The notes below the pieces were generated by a model. The model saw only the letters and a list, made by a program, of their open reading frames with translations. It made no database searches and was not told where the DNA came from. A stretch of DNA of 64,000 bases from an uncultured Bacteroidia bacterium (GTDB lineage Bacteria > Bacteroidota > Bacteroidia > Bacteroidales > Prolixibacteraceae). The stretch lies in the NCBI GenBank assembly GCA_903905505.1, contig CAIVGL010000022.1, forward strand, positions 19,322 through 83,321, given 5' to 3'. Shown here in pieces: positions 36,795-46,884 of the stretch (position 1 is its first letter; each line of letters opens with the position of its first letter). The position numbers and the translations under genes are program-made.

Positions 36795-38576
36795 TTAATA
36801 TGGTTTATTAGTGCCCTGTATTAGCCACATTTTAGACCATTGATCATTGGTTGCAGGAGATAATTTTGCAATTGCACTTGCAACATTTGCTTTATTTAAA
36901 ATTGGCTCTTCTGCGCCATACGGATAACGTACTGGAATTTTCGTTCCATTGCTGGCAGAGATTAAGTTGGCTCCAAAGTTTGGAAGACCAGTTCTTCTCC
37001 AGTCGAACCAGAATTCAGGTGTCATGAAAGTCGCGATCCATTTTTGTGTCATCAAGACATTTAATTTGGCAGCGTCATCCGCAGCTGAAGTGTATTTGGC
37101 TACTTGTGCAGCAAGGAAAGTGGTTTCGTTATAATTTTCTAACGCATGTGTTTGCGGATTGTAAACAGTTTTACTTCCATCTGCAATACCAAATTGGCGT
37201 AAACTAGCTGTGATACCTGATTTGTAATATTCAGATGCATCGCTGCTTGATATCCATCCTTTTAAACGTCCTTCTGCTAAGATGAAGTTAAGCTCTGCAT
37301 AGCTCATATAAACTGCCTTTACCAACGAATTGGTGTTTTGAGCATAGATATCACCAAGGTAAGATACATTTGGATTCGCTGCCTGATCGGTATATATTCC
37401 TGAATTTAGCGCTTTAAGCGAATTGAAGTTCACTAAATTAGAAAGGTTGTACGCATCAGGTGTTGCCATTGCAGCAGGAAGACCTACGTATCTAGCAGTA
37501 TCAATTGCAGTACTACCAACTTGAGCGGCAGTCACATTATATACAATCTGTCCGTCAGCAAGTTTAACATATCCTGTTGAAGCGCTTACTTTTAATTGTG
37601 AATCCACTGGACGAATAAAGGTCGTTAATCTTGGGTCTAAGTTACTCTTTAACGCCTTAACAAAGGTTGCACATGGTTTACGTCGGTAGAATTCTGAACG
37701 GTTGTTCCATCCAAGAGGACCACCTGGCCAAGCTGTATTTGAATCGGTTCCTGGAAAAGGAATAGATGCATTGTCGGTGCTTGAAGTGAAAATTGGATAG
37801 GTTGAAGCATTTCCAACCATTGCACTAAATTCTGCTTTTACATCAAGACCGGCAGGCTGATCTGAAAGTTTTTCAGAAAGTCTTAGTAGGTATCTTAATC
37901 TTAAAGAGTTGGCAAATTTTCTCCATTTTAATACATCTCCTTGGTACATAAGGTCTGCTGACGAAGCTCCATCCACTGTTGTTACGGTTGCAAGTATGTC
38001 ATTAGCAGATTTTAGATCCGCAATGATTCCTTTAAAGATGTCCTTCTGACTGTCGTAAACAGGCATAAAGTTCCCTTTTGAGGCTTGCATTGCTTCCGAA
38101 TATGGCATATCGCCCCATAGAGAAGTCATAAAGCCATACCAGAAAGATCGCATAATTTGACCTGTAGCGGCATAAAATTTCTGATTGCCTTCAAGAAGTT
38201 CGTTTTTTGCATTGTCAACCATATATTGACTGTTGATTAACGAACCATTGAATCCACTGAAATTTTGAGGAGACCAGCTAAAGGTGTTGGTCCCCTGAAA
38301 GTCGATATAGTCTCTCTGCAAATATTGCATAGCTTCCGACAAGGTGATGGTGTTTCCGTAAACGTTTCCACGAATATAGTTAGTGGCGGAACTGGACAAC
38401 ACCGATGTTAGCACATACTTTATGTTAATATCACTAGCATTTAGCATGTTTGGACTCTTGTTGATCTCGGTGAGATTTTGGCAAGATGAGGTCAGCAGAA
38501 TTACAGTGGTAATCATGCCGAAAAATATAGTTTTTAGATTTTTCATCTTTTTCGGATTAAATTGAATATTTTTCAT
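36795..38576 (-). CDS. susD: SusD/RagB-family nutrient-binding outer-membrane lipoprotein
   Basis: Lipobox LLTSSC, immediately downstream of a SusC-type gene, size about 590 aa. Alternative start at 38546. Confidence 0.8.
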   Translation of the reverse strand: MKNIQFNPKKMKNLKTIFFGMITTVILLTSSCQNLTEINKSPNMLNASDINIKYVLTSVLSSSATNYIRGNVYGNTITLSEAMQYLQRDYIDFQGTNTFSWSPQNFSGFNGSLINSQYMVDNAKNELLEGNQKFYAATGQIMRSFWYGFMTSLWGDMPYSEAMQASKGNFMPVYDSQKDIFKGIIADLKSANDILATVTTVDGASSADLMYQGDVLKWRKFANSLRLRYLLRLSEKLSDQPAGLDVKAEFSAMVGNASTYPIFTSSTDNASIPFPGTDSNTAWPGGPLGWNNRSEFYRRKPCATFVKALKSNLDPRLTTFIRPVDSQLKVSASTGYVKLADGQIVYNVTAAQVGSTAIDTARYVGLPAAMATPDAYNLSNLVNFNSLKALNSGIYTDQAANPNVSYLGDIYAQNTNSLVKAVYMSYAELNFILAEGRLKGWISSSDASEYYKSGITASLRQFGIADGSKTVYNPQTHALENYNETTFLAAQVAKYTSAADDAAKLNVLMTQKWIATFMTPEFWFDWRRTGLPNFGANLISASNGTKIPVRYPYGAEEPILNKANVASAIAKLSPATNDQWSKMWLIQGTNKPY

Positions 38577-38587
38577 CTCTTACGATT

Positions 38588-41500
38588 TTAGAATGATACA
38601 TTGATTTTAAAACCGGAAGGCATAATGATCGGGGATGCATTCCAGAGGACGAATCCCTGCATGGTATTTCCGTTAAGCTGCTGATTGTAGATTCCTTCAG
38701 GATCCTGGTTGGTCCCGTTTGCAGCATAAAGGATAATGTTCTTCATGAATCCAGAAAGGATGATTTTTTGTGCTCCCACTTTTCTTGCCCAAGCATCAGG
38801 TAAAGTATATGAGAGTGCGATTTCACGAAGTTTAACAAACGTCGCATCATGAACCCATTCTGTTTTTTGGTTTAGATAAAAATATCCTCCTGAAGGCTGG
38901 AATACATCATATGATTTGATCATTTTTGTTCCTGCAGCACCGAAGTTCTCTCTGTAGCCGCCTGCTCCATCAGATATCACACCTGGGAAAAAGGCTCCTT
39001 CGTCGTATAAACTTCCTGCATATGCAAAACCTCCAAGATCTTTGGTCCGTCCACCGATCCACACATTGTCTTGGTATTTCGCTGGATTAGATTTAATCTC
39101 ACTTGCTAAGGCATTCATATCACCATTGTAGGAGTTGTTGTCAAGTATACCAGAGAAGGTGCTTGCGCTTTTATCTCCTTCGGTTTTATAGTATTCAAGT
39201 TTTCCACCTCGACCTAAACGCAGGGTTGTTTCATCCATATATTTCCCACCTTGTCTCCAGTCGAAACTTAAAGAAAGTGTGAATTTTTTATAGTTTAGAC
39301 TAGTCTGTAATCCAACCATGAAATCGTTCATGTAACTGCCGATCTTATCGCCTCCAGCTGGTCCATTCTGCAACTTTCCGTTTGAATCAAGCAATGACCA
39401 TCCTTTGTAAGGGCCTTCTGCTACTTTCTTGTCAGCTGTTCCATAAAAAGTACCAACATAGTCACCTACTTTAGTCCAAGCATAAACTTCACGACTTGCC
39501 CAGAAAAGAAATTGGTTGATACCTGGAGTCAACTCAACTAACTTACTTCTTTCTTTGGTGAAGTTAGCAGAAACATCCCATGTGAAATCAGTTGTTTTTA
39601 CAGGAACTGCATTGATGCCAATTTCTATTCCTGTATTTTCAACATTCCCAGCATTAATTGTGGCAGAACCATATCCTGACATGGCCGAAGTTGCCGCATT
39701 AAGAATCTGATTCTTGTTTTGCACTTTGTAATAGGTAATGTCAAAGCCAAGTCTGTTCTTAAAGAACGATGCATCAGTACCGATCTCAAATGAATTAGCG
39801 ATCTCTGGTTTTAGATTAACATTTGGTAAGCTACCAGGAACCGAATAAGCGGTGCTAGGACCCCATGCTCCTTGATTAAGGACAGTCGCAATAGAATAAG
39901 GATTGGTATCTTTACCTACCTTTGATAGACCTGTTCGAACCTTTAATAGAGAAACCCATTCTGGCATCTCAACCATCTCATTTACCAAGGCACTCAAAGA
40001 GGCTGATGGATAGAAATAAGATCTATTTGCTTCTGGCAATGTACTTGACCAGTCGTTCCTAGCTGTTGCATCTAAATAGAGCATGTTATTATAGCTCAAG
40101 TTCAAAAGGCCGTATACACTATAGATATTTTTCCGGTAGATGTTGTCAGAATAAGTTAAACTACTTCTGTTTACATTCGAAAGTGTGTATAGGTTTGGAA
40201 GCACTAGCGCATCACCCCCAGCATACATCGAATAGTTACGTTGTGTCATCAAGTTACCTCCAATAGAAGGTGCAATCTCGAATTTGCCGATCTTTTTAGT
40301 GTATGATACAAGAGCATCGGTGTTCATCTCTCTAAGATTGTCGATTTGCTCGTTATACATACCAGTCGCTCTGTTGTTACCACCACCATCGCCACCGTAG
40401 CTCGACCAAGGTTGTCTGTAGGTTCTTTTATTGTTATTGCTGCTAAATGAATAGCGAGCCATAGCTTTTAAGTCGGGAAGAATTTGATAATCCAATTTCA
40501 TGTTTCCCATTCCTCTTAAGCGGTTAAATCCGTCTTTTAGCTCATAAGCAGCAAACCAAGGATTGTCGTAATTTGTACTAACTCCTTTTTGCAATACTCC
40601 TGGTGTTTTCCAGTAGTCCTTAAGATCATTAATATTTACGTGAGGAGGAGTTTGATAAAGTGCCATATACTGACTGTCACCACCGTTTTTAACAGGATAG
40701 TTATCAGAATTAGGATTCTCAAGATCTAAATTGGCAGATAGTTTGACTTTTTTAGTGATGTCATAGGTAATGGCCATGTTTACACCGTTCCGATCCAATT
40801 CGGTGCCTGGATAGGTACCTGTCGCACTTAGGTTAGAGAGTGAAAGTCTATAAGTTCCTTTGTCGAATGCACCACTTACGCTTGCATTTAAAACTTTCTC
40901 TACACCAGTCTGGAAGTAATCCTTAAGCGTATTGTTGTAAAACTTTAACGGCTGAGCAACTCCATTTGTATTCCATTGAATTGCCGATGTGCCTTCTTGA
41001 GGTCCAGTCCATTGTTGGTATGCACTTTCATTTAATACGCCGCTGATACCTGTTGTAAATCTGTTCTGAAGTCGCATGTATTTGTAAGGAACCGAATAAG
41101 TTGATCCAATACTGACATCTACACCAATTCCATTGACAACTTTTTTACCAGACTTGCTTGTGATAATGATAACGCCGGCACCAGCTCTAGATCCGTAAAG
41201 TGCTGCTGCACTAGGGCCTTTCAATACGGTAACGCTTTCAATATTTTCGGGCGCTAAATCTTTCATTACCCGTTGGTCACCACTAGGTACACCATCAACA
41301 ACAACTAATGGATTGTTGTTGCCCGACAACGAAGTAATTCCTCGGATATTCACAAAAGTCTCAGAGTTGACATCATTCGATGTATTGGTGATCTTAACCC
41401 CTGCCATTTTCCCTTGAATGGCGCCAAGAAGATCTTTCTGAGGGACACGTAGCATTTGATCCGATTTTACCTCGCCAACAGAGTAACCTAGGGCTTTTTT

Positions 41501-42169
41501 CTCTCTTTTGATACCAAGTGCAGTAACTACCACATCTTTGATCGCAATGCTTGACTGACCTAACACCACATCGCCGATATTCTTGCCAGCAAAAGCAACT
41601 TCTTTTGACTCTAATCCAATGAAGGAGAATACAATCGTTTTGCCATCAGCAGGAACTGTTAATTGGTATTTACCATCTAAATCAGTGATGACACCTGCTG
41701 TTGTTCCTTTAACAAATACAGAAACACCTGGAAGGGCAGTACCTGTTTGGTCAGTTACCTTACCAGACACCCGACGATTGTCTTGCGCTGCTGGAACTGG
41801 ATCTGCTGTCCCAGTAGGTTTAACAACAATATAACGATCAATAACTTTATACTCTAATCCGGTCTTAGCTAAGACTTGATCTAGAATCTCAGTTACTAAA
41901 GCGTCCTTTACATCTAAAGAAACAGTCTCTTTAGATTTAACTTCTTCCTTTTTAAAGTAGAAGTAAAATTCGCTCTGATCTTCAATTTGTCTGAACACAT
42001 CGATTAAAGAGGAGTTCTTAATTGATAAATTAAGCTTTGTGCTTTGTGAATAAGTCGGTGCACTTATGGCAACAAGGCTTGCAAATAGCAGAATTACTGT
42101 TAGTTGAATAATTCGCAAGGTTTTCATCCATGGTCGTTCTCCGCCATGGATAAGTCGAGACATTTTCAT
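38588..42169 (-). CDS. susC: SusC/RagA-family TonB-dependent outer-membrane transporter with N-terminal STN signalling domain
   Basis: STN-like segment (IKNSSLIDVFRQIEDQSEFYFYF), carboxypeptidase-regulatory-like domain (VSGKVTDQTGTALPGVSVFVKGT), TonB box/plug (VVVTALGIKREKKALGYSV), C-terminal F. Alternative start at 42127. Confidence 0.9.
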   Translation of the reverse strand: MKMSRLIHGGERPWMKTLRIIQLTVILLFASLVAISAPTYSQSTKLNLSIKNSSLIDVFRQIEDQSEFYFYFKKEEVKSKETVSLDVKDALVTEILDQVLAKTGLEYKVIDRYIVVKPTGTADPVPAAQDNRRVSGKVTDQTGTALPGVSVFVKGTTAGVITDLDGKYQLTVPADGKTIVFSFIGLESKEVAFAGKNIGDVVLGQSSIAIKDVVVTALGIKREKKALGYSVGEVKSDQMLRVPQKDLLGAIQGKMAGVKITNTSNDVNSETFVNIRGITSLSGNNNPLVVVDGVPSGDQRVMKDLAPENIESVTVLKGPSAAALYGSRAGAGVIIITSKSGKKVVNGIGVDVSIGSTYSVPYKYMRLQNRFTTGISGVLNESAYQQWTGPQEGTSAIQWNTNGVAQPLKFYNNTLKDYFQTGVEKVLNASVSGAFDKGTYRLSLSNLSATGTYPGTELDRNGVNMAITYDITKKVKLSANLDLENPNSDNYPVKNGGDSQYMALYQTPPHVNINDLKDYWKTPGVLQKGVSTNYDNPWFAAYELKDGFNRLRGMGNMKLDYQILPDLKAMARYSFSSNNNKRTYRQPWSSYGGDGGGNNRATGMYNEQIDNLREMNTDALVSYTKKIGKFEIAPSIGGNLMTQRNYSMYAGGDALVLPNLYTLSNVNRSSLTYSDNIYRKNIYSVYGLLNLSYNNMLYLDATARNDWSSTLPEANRSYFYPSASLSALVNEMVEMPEWVSLLKVRTGLSKVGKDTNPYSIATVLNQGAWGPSTAYSVPGSLPNVNLKPEIANSFEIGTDASFFKNRLGFDITYYKVQNKNQILNAATSAMSGYGSATINAGNVENTGIEIGINAVPVKTTDFTWDVSANFTKERSKLVELTPGINQFLFWASREVYAWTKVGDYVGTFYGTADKKVAEGPYKGWSLLDSNGKLQNGPAGGDKIGSYMNDFMVGLQTSLNYKKFTLSLSFDWRQGGKYMDETTLRLGRGGKLEYYKTEGDKSASTFSGILDNNSYNGDMNALASEIKSNPAKYQDNVWIGGRTKDLGGFAYAGSLYDEGAFFPGVISDGAGGYRENFGAAGTKMIKSYDVFQPSGGYFYLNQKTEWVHDATFVKLREIALSYTLPDAWARKVGAQKIILSGFMKNIILYAANGTNQDPEGIYNQQLNGNTMQGFVLWNASPIIMPSGFKINVSF

Positions 42170-42343
42170 AAATTTGGATAGTTTAAATTTGACATATTGG
42201 TTGATTTAAATTAATTGTTGCGGTGAGGATGGTATGAACATCTTCATCGCTTTTTTGCTTGGTTATTTTATTCTTATTCTCATTTTTATTCATAGGCTAT
42301 TGGTCGTTTAGTGTTAGTTTTTTAGGTTAGGCCTACGTATTTT

Positions 42344-43351
42344 TTATGATTTGCTGTAAATAATTATTTTGTCTTTTCCTGTGGCATTGATCTCATGCTT
42401 GAATTTTATTGGCGCGAGTAACTCCAAGGCTTGCATAATCTGATCTACAGGTTTATTTTTAAGTATCGTACCCGTGAAACGATGCGACTTAAGTGACTCG
42501 TTGTCAAAAGTTATTTTTACATTAAACCAACGATCTAATTTGTTGGCAATTTGTCCTAACGGCTCGTCATCAAAGAATATGCGCCCTTCTATCCAAGCTT
42601 TATAAAAATTGGTATCGACCTCTTTGATGGCAATATTTGAATTGTTCTTGTTTTTCGTTGCGAGCTGCCCGGGGATTAGATTAATGATGCTTTTCCCGTC
42701 AAGGCTTTGAGCATTTACCTTACCCTCAACTAAGGTAACAGCGCTCTCTTGGTCTTCTTGGTAGGCCGAAATATTAAAAGAGGTTCCAAGAACTTCAACC
42801 TTTAGATCTGATGCGTTGACCGTAAAGGGTTTGTGTGCCATCTTCGCAACTTCAAAGTAAGCCTCTCCATTGATGGTTACCGAACGACTGTCTGCCGCAA
42901 ACTGCTCGGGATAACGAATGGTGGTCCCAGAATTTAACCAAATCTTTGTTCCATCACTTAATACAACCTGGCTCATCTGGCCAAATGGAACTCTTATTTC
43001 CGAATACCGAATCTCTGTTGCTATCTTTTCTGTTTTTGAGGAAGGTCTAAATACCAACCCTGTTCCAAATGCTAAAATAATTATCGCGGCATATTTCAAT
43101 AGGGTGTTCAGCTTTTTAAATCTCCGAATCTTTATGGTGCGCTCAATCTTTTTCCAAGATTGATCACCTTGGCCAGCAGAGATATATCCAACTTCATTTA
43201 AACGCTCGTTGATTTGTTTCACGCTATTGAATTCTTTTAGATGCTTTTCAGTTGAAAGAAGCCGATCGAAATCCGCTAACTCTTTTTTATTCATTTCATG
43301 GTGTAACTTGCTGGCAATTCGCTCCCAGAAAGTCTCTTGATCTTTAATCAT
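42344..43351 (-). CDS. FecR-family anti-sigma factor
   Basis: Single central TM (AAIIILAFGTGLV), FecR-type periplasmic domain (LSDGTKIWLNSGT...GEAYFEV), located between an ECF sigma and an STN-SusC. Confidence 0.85.
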   Translation of the reverse strand: MIKDQETFWERIASKLHHEMNKKELADFDRLLSTEKHLKEFNSVKQINERLNEVGYISAGQGDQSWKKIERTIKIRRFKKLNTLLKYAAIIILAFGTGLVFRPSSKTEKIATEIRYSEIRVPFGQMSQVVLSDGTKIWLNSGTTIRYPEQFAADSRSVTINGEAYFEVAKMAHKPFTVNASDLKVEVLGTSFNISAYQEDQESAVTLVEGKVNAQSLDGKSIINLIPGQLATKNKNNSNIAIKEVDTNFYKAWIEGRIFFDDEPLGQIANKLDRWFNVKITFDNESLKSHRFTGTILKNKPVDQIMQALELLAPIKFKHEINATGKDKIIIYSKS

Positions 43352-43522
43352 CTATAGATGCTAAATTATTTTTATATATGACGAAATAATTCAGTTGTAG
43401 GGTGACAGGCCAATGAGAAAATTAAATTAACAGAATGATTAATGAGTATTTAAACTCTTTAATTTTGAGGGATCTCAAATATTAAGTCGTTATTTTCTTG
43501 ACTCTTTGCCGTTAAGATTAAA

Positions 43523-44050
43523 TTACAGCGCTTTAGGGTCAAGCTCTTCTTTGAGAAAACGATAAGCCCGACCAATTTGTGTTTTTACTGTATTGATTGA
43601 AATCTCAAGCTTGATGGCTATTTCAGCATATGAATGGGATTCAAAAATGGCCAACTCAAGAATACGACGACGCTGTTCGGGGATCTTTTCTAAGGCGATA
43701 TATAACCTGGCGTAATCGTCTAACTCTTCAATTGTTTCGTCGCTTGGCACATCAGGAATGGAACTTAAATCAATCTGAATACCCCATTTTTTCTTTCGGA
43801 AATTGTCGATCAGCTGATTGCGCAACATTAAAAAGAGGTATGCTTTTACTGAACGGTCAATGATAATCTCATGGCGCTTGGTCCATAGTTTAATAAAGCA
43901 ATCTGACACTAACTCTTCAAGGCCATTTGTATTCGGATAGTTTTTTTTGACAAATACAACCATTGGGTAATAGTAGCGACTATGCAATACCTTTAGGGAT
44001 GAGGTATCACCATTCTGGACTTTATTCCATAATGCTAAGTCGTTCGTCAT
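43523..44050 (-). CDS. ECF-type RNA polymerase sigma-70 factor
   Basis: Region 2 (YLFLMLRNQLIDNFRKK) and region 4 HTH (SYAEIAIKLEISINTVKTQIGRA). Confidence 0.88.
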   Translation of the reverse strand: MTNDLALWNKVQNGDTSSLKVLHSRYYYPMVVFVKKNYPNTNGLEELVSDCFIKLWTKRHEIIIDRSVKAYLFLMLRNQLIDNFRKKKWGIQIDLSSIPDVPSDETIEELDDYARLYIALEKIPEQRRRILELAIFESHSYAEIAIKLEISINTVKTQIGRAYRFLKEELDPKAL

Positions 44051-44110
44051 GTACTTTAAATCTTAAGCTTTTTGTCGTTAGTTTTCGACATGCCAAAGTG
44101 TGGCAATTCT

Positions 44111-44118
44111 CAAAGATA
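44111..44118 (-). promoter_or_regulatory. Candidate -7 box TATCTTTG for the ECF sigma/FecR operon
   Basis: Exact TAnnTTTG match on the minus strand about 60 nt upstream of the ATG at 44050. Confidence 0.3.
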
Positions 44119-44218
44119 AAAATATATATTTAATACTGTCATGCGATAGGATATAAATTTTCATTTTTAAAATGTGCAAATGAAAATATTTTACCACGTT
44201 AGCCTCAATAGAATAAAG

Positions 44219-44238
44219 CCCCAGATCAGATTATGGGG
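44219..44238 (-). terminator. Weak terminator-like hairpin downstream of the GH92 gene
   Basis: CCCCA / TGGGG stem with a 10-nt loop, followed on the minus strand by CTTTATTCTATT. Confidence 0.3.
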
Positions 44239-44546
44239 TTACTAATTCGGGAGTATATTTTTTGATTCGTGATTTGCCTGAATTCTCTATCTCTTGATTC
44301 GGGATTGACTTATCCTGAGGCCTACTTTACGACTGATTAATTTCCCCCATCAACTTATTTTGCTTGCTCTTTTTGGTGCTTCTTTGTACCCCAAAAGTTT
44401 AAAGGAGAAGTCAATAAGCAAGGATGGTAATTTTCATCTGTGTTGTATTTTCAGTAATAACCTAGCTATTAATAGCTGAAATTTACTCCGTTAAAGTTTC
44501 TTGATAGTTTGTTCTTTTAGATCCGTTTTAACACCAAACAGTTACA

Positions 44547-46850
44547 TCAAATTCCCCAGTTTTTATTTGGTTTGTCGCCCATCTTTAATTCTAACACTCC
44601 TCCATTGGTCAATGTTTTATGATCAATCCAACAGTTGTTATAAGTCTTATTGTTGAGTTTCGCCGACTGGATATAGATATTTGTCGCCGAATTGTTCTTG
44701 GCTATAATCGTAAAAGACTTCCCCTTGGCATAGGTTGGATCGAGGTTCACTTGAACGCGCTTGAAAACTGGACTTGTAATTTCGTAGCGAGTATCCCCAG
44801 GACAGACAGGGTGTAATCCGCTTGCTGCCAATACATACCAGGCCGACATCTGTCCAACATCTTCATTGCCGACTAATCCTTCTACCGTATTATGGTAAGC
44901 CCGTTTGCAAATCTGACGGCTCCAAAATTGGGTCTGCCAAGGAGCTCCTAATCGATTGAATATAAATGGGATATGATGAACTGGCTCGTTGGCTTGATTG
45001 TAATAGTTATTCCACATCATACTCTCTGGAACATTGCTGAATAGTTCAGTTAGATCAGCAAGCGTTTTTTCTCTTCCTCCAAGAAGATCGCATAAGCCAG
45101 AAATATCGTGCGGTACAAACCACCCTTGCTGATAAGGATTGCTTTCAACACAACCGTAATCTTGCCTTAAGCGCCCTTGCTTAGGCCAATTTACCCAAGT
45201 GCCGTCATCATTATGTGGCCGAAACCAGTTAACCGAAGGGTCGAAACTGTTTTTGTAATTCATTGCGCGTTTGCCGTATAATTGGGCATCGTCTCTCTTT
45301 CCCAAACTATCGGCAAAGATTGACAAACACCAATCAAAATAAGCGTATTCAAGTGTTTCGGAGATCGAATTTGAATAGCCACGGGAGCCATTTCCAAACT
45401 TCTCACAGCTATTCTTCGCGTAAAGATAGCCCTTGTTGATGTCGAAGTTTCGTATCCCTTTATTGTACGCATCGACCATAACCGAAACGGCTGGATTGCC
45501 GATCATACATCCACTATAGGCATTGAGAAATTCCCACCTCTCAAGATATTTCTTGCCACTCTCATCGGCAAGTTCTACCAGCGAATTAATCATGTCGTTG
45601 ACAACTTTCGGATTGATGATCGTCTGCAGCGGGAACTGACTTCGGAACACATCCCATCCACTAAAGATTGTTCGTTTGACAAATTTATCCGTTTTGTGAA
45701 TCTTGCCATCTCCACCCGGATAACTTCCATCGACATCGGTAAAGCATCGAGGATCAATCATGGTATGGTAAAGAGCTGTGTAGAAGATTGTTTTATTCTC
45801 TTCGTTGTCGTCTGTTACTGAGATCTTGTTTAGGGCATTATTCCACAGTTGCTTCCCTTGTTCTTTGATCCGATCGAAATCAAAATCAGTAATCTCTCTC
45901 TCAAGATTGTTTTTAGCCCCTTCGATACTGACAAATGAGATGCCTGATTTTAAGATCACTTGCTCATCTTTCTCACTTGAGAACTCGGAGAAGAATCCAA
46001 GATGCTTCCCTTGTTTTTCTTGACATCCTTTTTCTACTGAAGCTTTGGCGACGAGCTCACGAAAGCTGTCACTTTCGATATATTGCCGTCTGCGATTTTG
46101 ATGTTCTGGAATTGCGACACTCCAGACGCCGAAATTCTTCAGTGGCTTACTAAACTGGGCGTAGAAATAGACGGTGTAATCGGCCTTGCCACTTCCATTT
46201 CCCCATCCACCACCATCGGGAGTACACTTCATCCATCCTTGAATGGTGTGTTCATCAATTACTTTGACATACTGCTCGGTAGAAGTGCCTCCAACTCTGC
46301 GAGCTAGATCGATCTGTATCCGTGATTGGTCGTTTTTGGGAAATGTAAAACGGAGCATCCCACTATGAGGCGCGGCAGTGCCCTCTGCCCGGATCGAATA
46401 ATCGGTAAGGGTGGCCGCGTAATAATCTGCTTTGGCTACTTCGCTCTCTTTTGAGTAACGCGAGCGGTAACCTTCCCCAGGGTGATCAGCTCTTCCGGAA
46501 GAAGTTTTTAATTCGCCCGTTGTAGGCATGACTAAAAAATTGCCTAAGTCACCATACCAACCAATCCCACTCATCTGGGTAAAGGCAAATCCCTCTATTG
46601 TTGTATGTTCATAGCTGTAACCAGGGCCGTTATCGCCTCCCGTAATCGTATTGGGACTGACTTGTACCATTCCAAAAGGGGTGGTGGCGCCAGGAAAGGT
46701 TTTGCCTAAGCCGTGCGTAGCCTCAGCTTTGTCTACATTGGTGCTTGCTCCAATAAGTGGATTAACATAATCGGCAAACGATTTATGTTGGGCTTTGGCT
46801 AGGGTCGAATGCCACAAGATGAGAAATAGAAGTAGATTTCTAAAGAGCAT
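44547..46850 (-). CDS. GH92-family alpha-mannosidase
   Basis: Signal peptide, then YVNPLIGAS...TFPGATTPFGMVQVSPNT, the characteristic GH92 N-terminus. 767 aa. Confidence 0.88.
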   Translation of the reverse strand: MLFRNLLLFLILWHSTLAKAQHKSFADYVNPLIGASTNVDKAEATHGLGKTFPGATTPFGMVQVSPNTITGGDNGPGYSYEHTTIEGFAFTQMSGIGWYGDLGNFLVMPTTGELKTSSGRADHPGEGYRSRYSKESEVAKADYYAATLTDYSIRAEGTAAPHSGMLRFTFPKNDQSRIQIDLARRVGGTSTEQYVKVIDEHTIQGWMKCTPDGGGWGNGSGKADYTVYFYAQFSKPLKNFGVWSVAIPEHQNRRRQYIESDSFRELVAKASVEKGCQEKQGKHLGFFSEFSSEKDEQVILKSGISFVSIEGAKNNLEREITDFDFDRIKEQGKQLWNNALNKISVTDDNEENKTIFYTALYHTMIDPRCFTDVDGSYPGGDGKIHKTDKFVKRTIFSGWDVFRSQFPLQTIINPKVVNDMINSLVELADESGKKYLERWEFLNAYSGCMIGNPAVSVMVDAYNKGIRNFDINKGYLYAKNSCEKFGNGSRGYSNSISETLEYAYFDWCLSIFADSLGKRDDAQLYGKRAMNYKNSFDPSVNWFRPHNDDGTWVNWPKQGRLRQDYGCVESNPYQQGWFVPHDISGLCDLLGGREKTLADLTELFSNVPESMMWNNYYNQANEPVHHIPFIFNRLGAPWQTQFWSRQICKRAYHNTVEGLVGNEDVGQMSAWYVLAASGLHPVCPGDTRYEITSPVFKRVQVNLDPTYAKGKSFTIIAKNNSATNIYIQSAKLNNKTYNNCWIDHKTLTNGGVLELKMGDKPNKNWGI

Positions 46851-46884
46851 ATTTTTAGGTAGGTTAGTTTATCGAGATGCTATT

